This document shows positions 1-10,548 of a DNA stretch of 64,000 bases, in pieces. The notes under the pieces were generated by a model. The model had not been told where the DNA came from and searched no databases. It saw only the letters and a program-made list of their open reading frames with translations. This stretch comes from Macrostomum lignano. Taxonomy: Eukaryota. The stretch spans positions 79,651 to 143,650 of the forward strand of contig NIVC01001359.1 of assembly GCA_002269645.1 (NCBI GenBank). Direction: 5' to 3'. A program made the translations under genes and the position numbers. The stretch's first letter is position 1; each line of letters starts with the position of its first letter.

Positions 1-47
1 AGTCACCACGAGAATTGTTAGTATCTTAGAGACTATGGGATTCCCGA

Positions 48-585
48 ATCAGATGAGTCTTGGCATCTCCGGATTCCCTAAGGAGTCTTGGCATCTTCGG
101 GATTCCCCAATGCGTCTTGGCATTTCCGGGATTCCCAATGCGTCTTGGCATTTCCGGGATTCCCCAACAATTCTTAGCATCTCCGGAATTTCCCAAGGAG
201 TTTTGGAATTTCCGGGATTCCCCAACGAGTCTTGGCATCTCCGGGATTCCTCAATAAGTTTTGACATCTCTGATTCACCAATGAGCTTTGGCATCTCGGG
301 ATTTCCCAATGAGTCTTAGCATCTCCGGATTCCCCAAATGAGTTTTGCATCTCGGGATTCCCCAATGAGTCTTGGCATCTCGGGATTCCCCAATGAATCC
401 TGGATCCTGGCATCTCTGGGATTTCCCAAAGAGCATTGGCATCCCATTCCCAATGAGTCTTGGCATCTCCGGGATTCCCCAATGAATCTTGGCATATCTG
501 GGATTCCCCAATGAATCTTGGCATATCTGGGATTCCCAATGAGTCTTGGCATCTCCGGACTCCCCAATGAGCTGTCTTGGCATCT
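48..585. repeat. Minisatellite, ~29-30 bp unit (GGCATCTCCGGGATTCCCCAATGAGTCTT)
   Basis: Degenerate tandem copies visible directly; they explain the many overlapping repetitive ORFs at 26-591. Confidence 0.9.
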
Positions 586-1567
586 CAGCAACTCTTTAAG
601 GCCTCGAAATTAATCATTATTAGCAATGGCTTTAAAGAATAAATAGAATTAACACTAACTTCGACATCTCATCACGTAAACATTTTAAGCTCATAATGCA
701 AGCAAAGTTTAAGTACTGCCTTTTTGATAAGAACATTTTAATCCTTTAGAACAAATAATTTAGGTCGAAAAAATCCATCTAAAACTCGATTCGAATATTT
801 TTTTATTAATTAGATGTACTTTCCAATCGTCAGGCCTTTGACATTGGCGTTAGCCCCCATGGGATTTCACAACCCGCCAGCCCCAAATGAATGTGGGGCT
901 CACGCCATGAAAAGTTCTAAATGTACTTCACAAATAGACCCTTCATTTCGACACGAAAGTTTTTTGAAAGATTCCTTAACCTAGCTAATCTGCTAGTAAA
1001 TTATAACAATAAATAAACGAAGCCAGAAGAGAACAGCCAAGTGACCAATCAAAAAATTTTTTCAGAAGAAAATCCAGATGGTTCAATCGCACCTGGAACA
1101 CCATTTCAGACAATTTTTCAACCACCATAAATTCCCAATTTTTTTTATCTGTGCAGCGCATAATTTTGCAAAAAAATTGATCTCACTTGATATAAACGAT
1201 TGCAAAACAATTGTGCTTTAAATTTCACAATACACACATACACACGATATAGAAGTGATATTTGAAGATTTTTTAAAATTAAAAAAAATCACAAAACATA
1301 AACACAGAGAGCAGAGAGATGCGCAATTCAAAACTATGCGAGTTGAAGTAATAGCCGCAAATAACAAAAAATGCCAACACCATTCACAATACAATATTAT
1401 GAAGTCATAACAGATTTAGGATTACTATAATAGAAATCGAATGGTTCAGAGACAGATTATATAATTATTAATTAGTATGGGAATTTATCAACACCCACAA
1501 CAGTACAATATAAAGGTACTGAGTACACAAAACAAAAACATTTCTTCGTCATGTTTTGACTATGTTG

Positions 1568-2345
1568 ATTTCTCTGACACATTAGTGACATCAGTGACAC
1601 AACAGTGACATTAGTGACACACTAAGTGACATTAGTGACACACTACGAGTAAGTGACATCAGTGACACACAGTGACATTAGTGACACACTAAGTGACATC
1701 AGTGACACACAGTGACATTAGTGACACACTAAGTGACATCAGTGACACACAGTGACATCAGTGACACACTAAGTGACATCAGTGACACACTAAGTGACAT
1801 CACTGACACACTAAGTGACATCAGTGACACATCAATGACACATCAGTGACTTCAGTGGCACAGCAATGACTTCAGTGACATTAGTGACACACTAGTGATA
1901 TCAGTGGCATAGCAGTGACACATTAGTGACATCAGTGGCATAGCAGTGACACATCAGTGACATAAGTGAAACAGCAGTGACACATTAGTGGCATCAGTGA
2001 AACAGCAGTGACACATTAGTGACATCAGTGAAACAGCAGTGACACATTAGTGACATCAGTGAAACAGCAGTGACACATTAGTGACATCAGTGAAACAGCA
2101 GTGACACATTAGTGACATCAGTGAAACAGCTGTGACACATTAGTGACAACAGTGACACAACAGGGACATCAGTGACACAGCAGTGACATCAGTGACACAG
2201 CAGGGACATCAGTGACACATTAGTGACATCAGTGACACAGCAGGGACATCAGTGACACAGCAGGGACATCAGTGACACAACAGGGACATCAGTGACACAG
2301 CAGTGACATCAGTGACACAGCAGTGACATCAGTGACACATCAGTC
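1568..2345. repeat. Minisatellite built from CAGTGACAC/CAGTGACAT modules, immediately 3' of the UFSP2 stop codon
   Basis: Tandem AGTGACA-based modules running up to the TGA at 2346-2344. Confidence 0.9.
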
Positions 2346-5216
2346 AGACGCCCATATCCGGCTGCGGTATGCACAAATTGTAGTGCACATCGGATTTAAA
2401 AAACGAGGCGGATTTCCAACCGCACCAGCCGTCTTTGCTGAGCTGCTTGGCGTCCGTCTCGGAGCCGGTGTAGTGCGGATCCAGCACTAGCCAGCGCACC
2501 TCGCCGCTGGCCTCGTTCAGACTGCAGCCAAGCAGAGTGTGGGCGTACTGGCCGCCGCCAATCATCACCGGGCAGCCGATGGTTTCGAAATGATGCAACA
2601 GCAGACGGGCCTGGCATTGTGTTGCAGCATGAGATGAAGAGGGCAGTGAGCTGCTTCTTGTATAGTGGCTGTGCTAATCTGTCTGGCTAACTGCTCCCTA
2701 ATCTGGCTATCTGCTCCATAATCTGTCTGGCTATCTGCTCCCTAATCTGGCTATCTGCTCCCTTATCTGTCTGGCTATCTGCTCCCTAATCTGGCTACCT
2801 ACTCCCTAATCTGGCTATCTGCTCCCTTATCTGTCTGGCTATCTACTCCCTAATCTGGCTATCTGCTCCCTAATCTGGCTATCTGCTCCCTTATTTGTCT
2901 GGCTATCTGCTCCCTAATCTGGCTATCTGCTCCCTAATCTGGCTATCTGCTCCATAATCTGTCTGGCTATCTGCTCCCTAATCTGGCTATCTGCTCCCTT
3001 ATCTGTCTGGCTATCTGCTCCATAATCTGTCTGGCTATCTGCTCCCTAATCTGGCTATCTGCTCCATAATCTGTCTGGCTATCTACTCCATAATCTGTCT
3101 GGCTATCTGCTCCCTAATCTGTCTGGCTATCTGCTCCATAATCTGTCTGGCTATCTGCTCCCTAATCTGTCTGGCTATCTGCTCCCTAATCTGTCTGGCT
3201 ATCTGCTCCATAATCTGTCTGGCTATCTACTCCATAATCTGTCTGGCTATCTGCTCCCTAATCTGTCTGGCTATCTGCTCCATAATCTGTCTGGCTATCT
3301 GCTCCCTAATCTGTCTGGCTATCTGCTCCCTAATCTGTCTGGCTATCTGCTCCATAATCTGTCTGGCTATCTGCTCCATAATCTGTCTGGCTATCTACTC
3401 CATAATCTGTCTGGCTATCTACTCCCTAATCTGTCTGGCTATCTGCTTCCTAATCTGTCTGGCTATCTGCTCCCTAATCTGGCTATCTGCTCCCTAATCT
3501 GGCTTTGTTTTCTAATCTGGCTATCTGCTCCCTAATCTGGCTACCTACTCTAATCTGGATATCTGCTCCCTAATCTGGCTATCTACTCCCCAATCTGGTC
3601 CCATTTTCAAATTCGAAAGATCAGGAAGAAGCTCATGAAAGACCTCACCTGTTCAGGCAGGTCAACACCCCGAGACACGTGCACCAGACGGGCGGCAACT
3701 CCGGTTAAACTTTTCAACGCGTAGGACAGTTCCACAGCGCCAAGCCACTGCCTAGATCCGATCAATGACTTCGGCTTGTCGCCCAGATCAACCAAGGCTC
3801 GTTGGATTGCTTCGTGTTTAGGCACGGGAGCGTCTATAACACCGCGACGGCGCAACCAAGACACGATGGTTTGCAGAGATCTGTGGAGAGGATTATTTTT
3901 CCCGTCGGAAAAATGGAGTATCGAAAATATGAATTGTCGGAGTTATGAATTTCTGAGGATATAAAGAGTCGGAGATGTGAAGTGTCGGAGATCAGAAGTG
4001 TCGGAGATCTGAATTGTCGGAGATCAGAAGTGTCGGAGATCTGAATTGTCGGAGATCAGAAGTGTCGGAGATCTGAATTGTCGGAGATCAGAAGTGTCTG
4101 AGATCTGAATTGTCGGAGATCAGAAGTGTCGGAGATCTGAAGTCGGAGATCGGAGTCGAAGACATGAAGTTGGAGACAAGAAGTCGGAGATATGAAGTGT
4201 CGCAGATATGAAATTGGAGATGTGAGTTGTCGGAGACATGAAGTCGGAGATAGTCCATTCAAATTCAACAAGACCAACCTGTAGGCGCAGCCCCAGCCGG
4301 AGTCGTGGAAGCCGCAGCTGCCATAGTGATAATAAGCATAATCTCCTTGCACTAGCCGGGTGACCCAAGGCGCTGTATCCGGCTGCGGCTTGGCCTTCAA
4401 ATGCGGATTAATCACTAGCCTACCAGACTCATCTTCATCAGCTCCATTTCCAGCATCACTAGTAGACAGCAGCTGGTCTGCAGCGAACTTCAGTCGCATT
4501 GCTGGCCAGAACACTGGTCGAGTTTTCGGCACGCCAAGCTGCTCGTGCCAGCCGTGACGCAGCTGACGCAACTCGTCTGTGTCTGCGCCAATGGGATAAA
4601 ACACCCGAATCAGGCGGGGCCGGCCGCCAACTAATGGTTCGGTTAATCGATAATAATTAGTATCTACAGGCCGGCGCCACTTGGCAACAGTTAGGCCTAG
4701 CTGACGGACATAATCCACCAGACCAGCGTCTAATCTTTGCCAGACTTCATCGTCCTCGAAATCGCCGCCAATCAACAATGGACAAAGATAATTGATTTTT
4801 ATGCCAACGCTAACGCAGCTCGATCTATTAGTACCACTACTAGATACCGTAGCAACCGTTGCTATGGGAACAGTACAATCAACATCGATTGTACCGTGAC
4901 TCCAACGGCAATACAATTCAGTTGGCGATTCTATAGATGCCGAATTGGAGGAATTAGCGGCGAGCAGTTTAGCTAAAGAAGCTCCATCGGATATTAACAT
5001 CGATGCCCGAGCGGAGACCAATCTTCGCCTGTCATTTTCGAATCTTTCTACTAATGATTCTGGAAGCGCGGCCCAGCTAGACGCGTCAGCGGTCAGCCAG
5101 CAGGTGACGCGAATGTACACTAGACGGCGATGTTTCGCGTCGCTGACGCCGCCTTCAAATGACACTTCACCTCCGGTTGGGAGGTCGTCGTAGAGATCCA
5201 CAGCTTGGTCAGACAT
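2344..5216 (-). CDS. UFSP2: UFM1-specific protease 2 (peptidase C78), 3 exons: 5216-4279, 3880-3649, 2610-2344; 478 aa
   Basis: Spliced product restores GWGCAYR/SLQT (catalytic Cys box), PVMIGGG and LDPHY (Asp-Pro-His box); GT-AG introns with consistent phases (938+232+267 nt). Confidence 0.93.
2680..3598. repeat. Intronic minisatellite, 20/24 bp units (CTGGCTATCTGCTCCCTAAT +/- CTGT), fills UFSP2 intron 2
   Basis: Direct tandem copies covering most of intron 2611-3648. Confidence 0.95.
3965..4250. repeat. Intronic minisatellite, ~32 bp unit (GTCGGAGATCAGAAGTGTCGGAGATCTGAATT), UFSP2 intron 1
   Basis: Tandem copies inside intron 3881-4278. Confidence 0.9.
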
Positions 5217-5324
5217 GAAAGATTAATTGACTGCTTGTTGCAAAACTCTTTGTATCACGAAAGGCTTAGAATTATAAAAATTACTGGGGTAGATACTCAC
5301 AACTTCAGGATTTGAGTAGATGTG

Positions 5325-6024
5325 GTGTGAGACTCTGGGAGATTTGGGAAGCTGTGATGTCTGAGACTTTATGGGAGTTTTGGGAAGCTGTGATGTCTGA
5401 GACTTTAAGGGAGATTTAGAAGCTGTGATGTCTGAGAATTTCTGCGAGATTTGGAAGCTGTGATCTCTGAGAATTTCTGGGAAATTTGGAAGCTGTGATG
5501 TCTGAGACTTATGGGAGATTTGGAAAGTTGTGGGCTCTGAGAATTTCTGGGAGATTTGGAAGCTGTGTCTGAGAATTTCTGGGAGATTTGGAAGCTGTGA
5601 TCTCTGAGACTCTCTGGGAGATTTGGGAAGCTGCGGTGTCTGAGACTCTCTGGGAGATTTGGGAAGCTGCGGTGTCTGAGACTCTCTGGGAGATTTGGGA
5701 AGCTGCGGTGTCTGAGACTCTCTGGGAGATTCGGGAAGCTGCGGTGTCTGAGACTCTGGGAGATTTGGGAAGCTGCGGTGTCTGAGACTCTCTGGGAGAT
5801 TTGGGAAGCTGCGGGGATGAGACTCTCTGTGAGATTCGGGAAGCTGCGGTGTCTGAGACTCTCTGGGAGATTTGGGAAGCTGCGGGGATGAGACTCTCTG
5901 GGAGATTCGGGAAGCTGTGGTATCTGAGACTCTCTGGGAGATTTGGGAAGCTGCGGTGTCTGAGACTCTGGGAGATTTGGGAAGCTGCGGTGTCTGAGAC
6001 TCTCTGGGAGATTTGGGAAGCTGC
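5325..6024. repeat. Minisatellite, 34-36 bp unit (CTGAGACTCTCTGGGAGATTTGGGAAGCTGCGGTGT), between COX5B and UFSP2
   Basis: Tandem copies; source of ORFs 5223-6086, 5588-5785 and 5801-6028. Confidence 0.93.
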
Positions 6025-6533
6025 CTGAGGCGCAAAAATGAAATACTTAAAATAAAGTGAAAGAAAAAGTAACTGTTCGAAAACAAGATGTTTATTTTTC
6101 AGAGTTAATGCTCCAAGTTTCTGAAACAGCGCCTTATTAGCTGTTTCAACACTATCAGGTTGGTTGTTGATGACAACTAGAGTTCCAGGGGGCCGGCCAT
6201 TTCTAGAAAAAAATCTACTTCAAGTTTAAATTGAACGAGACAGAGAAGAGCACAACGGAAGCAAATATGCTGCGTGAAGGGGGGAGGCTTCCTATAGATT
6301 TTCTACCAGACTAAGCAACAATATTCGCAATATATTACTACTTGACATTTAGGATCGTATAAGTAGACGATAAAGATAATTTGAATTTAGAAATGTTTTA
6401 TTTTGTTAAAATGTTGTTTAAGATACTACTATGAGGGAACCTTGCGCGTGTGCTTTAGTAAGTGTTTAGCAGTTTATTCTTGTCAATTGAATTAGTCTAG
6501 TCTTCATTATGATTATAGCCATTAATCCGTTCA

Positions 6534-7877
6534 TCAATGCAAATTAACCAACGGTGACCGCAGATTGCCAAGACTGTCTTCCAGCTCTTTCCAGGTCTTC
6601 GGCGGCAGGGCGGCCTCTAGGTTGCCCTGTTCGATGGGGCCAACAACCATGGGGTAGTTGTAGACCAGAACCTGGTACTCTTCGTCAAGCTGATCGAAGG
6701 AGCGCTTGCCTTCGGGCAGCTTGTGGTAGGCCTCGTAGCAGTCGGTGATGCGCTTGCGCAGGTCCTGGAAGTACTCGTCGTACGACACTAGACGCATGTG
6801 GTTGCCGCAGTAGCACCTGACGGTGTGGGTGAACCGGGGCAGTGGCACGGTTGAAAATGTAGATTGGTGTTAAGAGTTCACTGAAGTAGCAAGGATTTCC
6901 TGGCTGAACTTCGAGATTGCCTTATTAAGGATTTCCTTAAAAGAATTTGCGAGGATCCCCATAGAATGCGCGAGGATTCCCTAACGAAATGCGCGAGGTT
7001 TCCCTATGGAAATGCGCGAGAATTTCCCTAACGAAATGCGCCAGGATTCCCTAACGAAATGCGCCAGGATTCCCTAACGAAATGCGCGAGGATTCCCTAA
7101 CGAAATGCGCGAGGATTCCCTAACGAAATGCGCGAGGATTCCCTAACGAAATGCGCGAGGATTCCCTAACGAAATGCGCGAGGTTTCCCTCACGAAATGC
7201 GCGAGGATTCCCTAACGAAATGCGCGAGGTTTCCCTAACAAAATGCGCGAGGATTCCCTAACGAAATGCGCGAGGATTCCCTAACGAAATGCGCGAGGAT
7301 TCCCTAACGAAATGTGCGAGCATTCCCTAACGAAATGCGCGAGGATTCCTCCTCCCCATAGAATGCGCGAGGATTCCCTCAATCCTTACCCCATAACTAA
7401 AAAAAATAGACAGTGTGAATTGGATTTAAAAAATCGATAATACCTTTGATTAACATCCTTATGCAGAAAGGTGTAGGAAGTGTAAGTCTCCTGGCACGGG
7501 CAGCCAACCTGACGATAGTGACTGTGGCTGGGCACGAGATGCGGCCTCTCCTTAGTATTGGGGAAGAATCGGTACAGTTTAGTCTCATAGAACTGGTCGT
7601 TGCCAGCCATCTCGGCCAGCTTTTCAAGTCTAGACCGACCGACAGCGTAACCAAGAGCGTCCGGTAGGCCATAGTCGCCAAACTGTTTGCCCTTGTGCAT
7701 GTCAAGGTATTCCATGTCTTTCTCTAGGAAATTCTCTTTAGTAGTGTTTTCAACCACTTGGTGACCGTGACCGCCGCTCAGGCTGCGAACGGCACCTCCG
7801 AGTGACTGCAGGCTGGCGCGGCCGGTCAGGAAGGCGCCGGTTGCGCGGCCAGACAAAGCCAGTACGAAGCGAGACAT
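6534..7877 (-). CDS. COX5B: Cytochrome c oxidase subunit 5B-like, 2 exons: 7877-7444, 6816-6534; 238 aa with presequence and C-terminal extension
   Basis: PDALGYAVG..LE, LVPS....RQVGCPC and QR/CYCG restore the four Zn-binding Cys of COX5B across a GT-AG intron (6817-7443); Arg/Ser-rich N-terminus. Confidence 0.8.
6945..7385. repeat. Intronic minisatellite, 23 bp unit (GAGGATTCCCTAACGAAATGCGC), COX5B intron
   Basis: Near-identical tandem copies. Confidence 0.95.
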
Positions 7878-7999
7878 GATTTTTTTATTGTTGCTGTTTG
7901 AGAGGCTATCGATACGGTCGTTATTAGGGCGCTTAGGACTTGCGCATCAATTTTGAGTATGCTTAAGCATTTTTAAAGGTGTTTTGTGTAGACGGATTC

Positions 8000-9810
8000 T
8001 AGCTGAGGCTAATGAGCAAATTGCTGATCTGACTAATTGGTATGCCTGAGGCTAATGAGCTGATTGCTGATCTGACTAATGGGTATAGTTGAGGCTAATG
8101 AGCTGATTGCTTACCTGACTAATGGATATTCTGAGGCTAATGGAGTATGCCTGAGGCTAATAAGCTGATTGCTAATCTGACTAATATAGGTATAGCTGAG
8201 GCTAATGAGCTGATTGCTTACCTGACTAATGGGTATGCCTGAGGCTAATGAGCTGATTGCTAGTCTGACTAATGGGTATGCCTGAGGCTAATAAGCTGAT
8301 TGCTAATCTGACTAATATAGGTATAGCTGAGGCTAATGAGCTGATTGCTGATCTGACTAATGGGTATGCCTGAGGCTAAAGAGCTGATTGCTGATCTGAC
8401 TAATGGGTATAGTTGAGGCTAATGAGCTGATTGCTTACCTGACTAATGGATATTCTGAGGCTAATGGAGTATGCCTGAGGCTAATAAGCTGATTGCTAAT
8501 CTGACTAATATAGGTATAGCTGAGGCTAATGAGCTGATTGCTTACCTGACTAATGGGTATGCCTGAGGCTAATGAGCAAATTGCTTACCTGACTAATGGG
8601 TATGCCTGAGGCTAATGAGCTGATTGCTAGTCTGACTAATGGGTATGCCTGAGGCTAATAAGCTGATTGCTAATCTGACTAATATAGGTATAGCTGAGGC
8701 TAATGAGCTGATTGCTGATCTGACTAATGGGTATGCCTGAGGCTAATGAGCTGATTGCTAATCTGACTAATGGGTATGCCTGAGGCTAATAAGCTGATTG
8801 CTAATCTGACTAATAGGTATAACTGAGGCTAATGAGCTGATTGCTAGTCTGACTAATGGGTATACCTGAGGCTAATGAGCTGATTGGTAGTCTGACTAAT
8901 GGGTATACCTGAGGCTAATGAGCTGATTGCTAGTCTGACTAATGGGTATACCTGAGGCTAATGACCTGATTGCTAGTCTGACTAATGGGTATACCTGAGG
9001 CTAATGACCTGATTGCTAGTCTGACTAATAGGTATACCTGAGGCTAATGAGCTGATTGCTAGTCTGACTAATGGGTATAGCTGAGGCTAATGAGCTGATT
9101 GCTAGTCTGACTAATGGGTATACCTGAGGCTAATGACCTGATTGCTAGTCTGACTAATGGGTATACCTGAGGCTAATGACCTGATTGCTAGTCTGACTAA
9201 TGGGTATGCCTGAGGCTAATGAGCTGATTGCTAGTCTGACTAATGGGTATACCTGAGGCTAATGAGCTGATTGCTAGTCTGACTAATGGGTATACCTGAG
9301 GCTAATGAGCTGATTGCTAGTCTGACTAATGGGTATAGCTGAGGCTAATGAGCTGATTGCTAGTCTGACTAATAGGTATACCTGAGGCTAATGACCTGAT
9401 TGCTAGTCTGACTAATGGGTATAGCTGAGGCTAATGAGCTGATTGCTAGTCTGACTAATGGGTATACCTGAGGCTAATGAGCTGATTGCTAGTCTGACTA
9501 ATGGGTATACCTGAGGCTAATGAGCTGATTGCTAGTCTGACTAATAGGTATACCTGAGGCTAATGACCTGATTGCTAGTCTGACTAATGGGTATACCTGA
9601 GGCTAATGACCTGATTGCTAGTCTGACTAATAGGTATACCTGAGGCTAATGATCTGATTGCTAGTCTGACTAATGGGTATACCTGAGGCTAATGAGCTGA
9701 TTGCTAGTCTGACTAATGGGTATACCTGAGGCTAATGAGCTGATTGCTAGTCTGACTAATGGGTATAGTAGCTGAGACTAATGAGATGATTTCTAATCTG
9801 ACTAATCTAA
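8000..9810. repeat. Minisatellite, 43 bp unit (CTGAGGCTAATGAGCTGATTGCTAGTCTGACTAATGGGTATAC), upstream of COX5B
   Basis: About 1.8 kb of tandem copies with a higher-order block (a rare variant recurs at 8121 and 8445). Confidence 0.95.
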
Positions 9811-10184
9811 GCCACATGTTTGATTAAACAACTTAAAGTCAAAGTCAAACATACCGAAACTTCTTGTGTAATTAATCAGCTCGCAAGCAAAAAATAAATA
9901 AGACAGAGATAGCACACTTGACAAATTCAATAAAATTAAATTGCTACAAAAATGCTTAGAGTGTTGCTTAAAAACAGCAATATAAAAGCATTAGGGAACT
10001 GAATACTCGTAAAATTAAATTAAACAACACGTTTACCTATAGATATACAACAATATTGTTTTAAGGTTTTAACCAAGGTTTTAAGCGGAAATTTTAATCA
10101 AGCGAATATTTAGCGATACATTGTAAATAATAAAATCTTGGCACAATTTACAAGAATATGAAAGGGTAGCGGAGGCGTGACCAA

Positions 10185-10460
10185 CAACTGGGGATCTGGG
10201 AGGCTGGCTCAGCAACTGAGGATCTGGGAGGCTGGCTCAGCAACTGAGGATCTGGGAGGCTGGCTCAGCAACTGAGGATCTGGGAGGCTGGCCCAGCAAC
10301 TGAGGATCTGGGAGGCTGGCCCAGCAACTGAGGATCTGAGAGGTGGCCCAGCAACTGAGCATCTGGGAGGCTCGCGCCCAGCAACTGAGGATCTGAGAGG
10401 CTTGCCCAGCAACTGACACTCTGGGAGGCTGGCCTAGCCACTGAGAATCTGGGAGGCTTC
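10185..10460 (-). repeat. Minisatellite, 28 bp unit (CCAGCCTCCCAGATCCTCAGTTGCTGGG on minus), same family as 54808-55060
   Basis: Reverse complement matches the LETMD1 intron 2 array unit. Confidence 0.92.
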
Positions 10461-10548
10461 TGAAGATGTAGTTCCAGCATCTTTGGAGCAAAAAATCGAG
10501 ATCTAATAGCCAACCGAGCCATTCTTAATCAATCCGCACCCCACTGCC

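Noticed and set aside
26-591. Multiple overlapping ORFs at the window start
   Set aside because: All arise from a 29-30 bp tandem repeat
4056-4278. C-terminal part of the 386-aa ORF (ISPTSCL/SDLRHF repeats)
   Set aside because: Read-through into UFSP2 intron 1; the splice at 4279 restores the catalytic CAYRSLQT motif
8000-9810. CRISPR-like appearance of the regular arrays (also 12850-13860, 40620-41390, 55575-56170)
   Set aside because: Units are contiguous with no unique spacers, there are no cas genes, and the context is eukaryotic with spliceosomal introns
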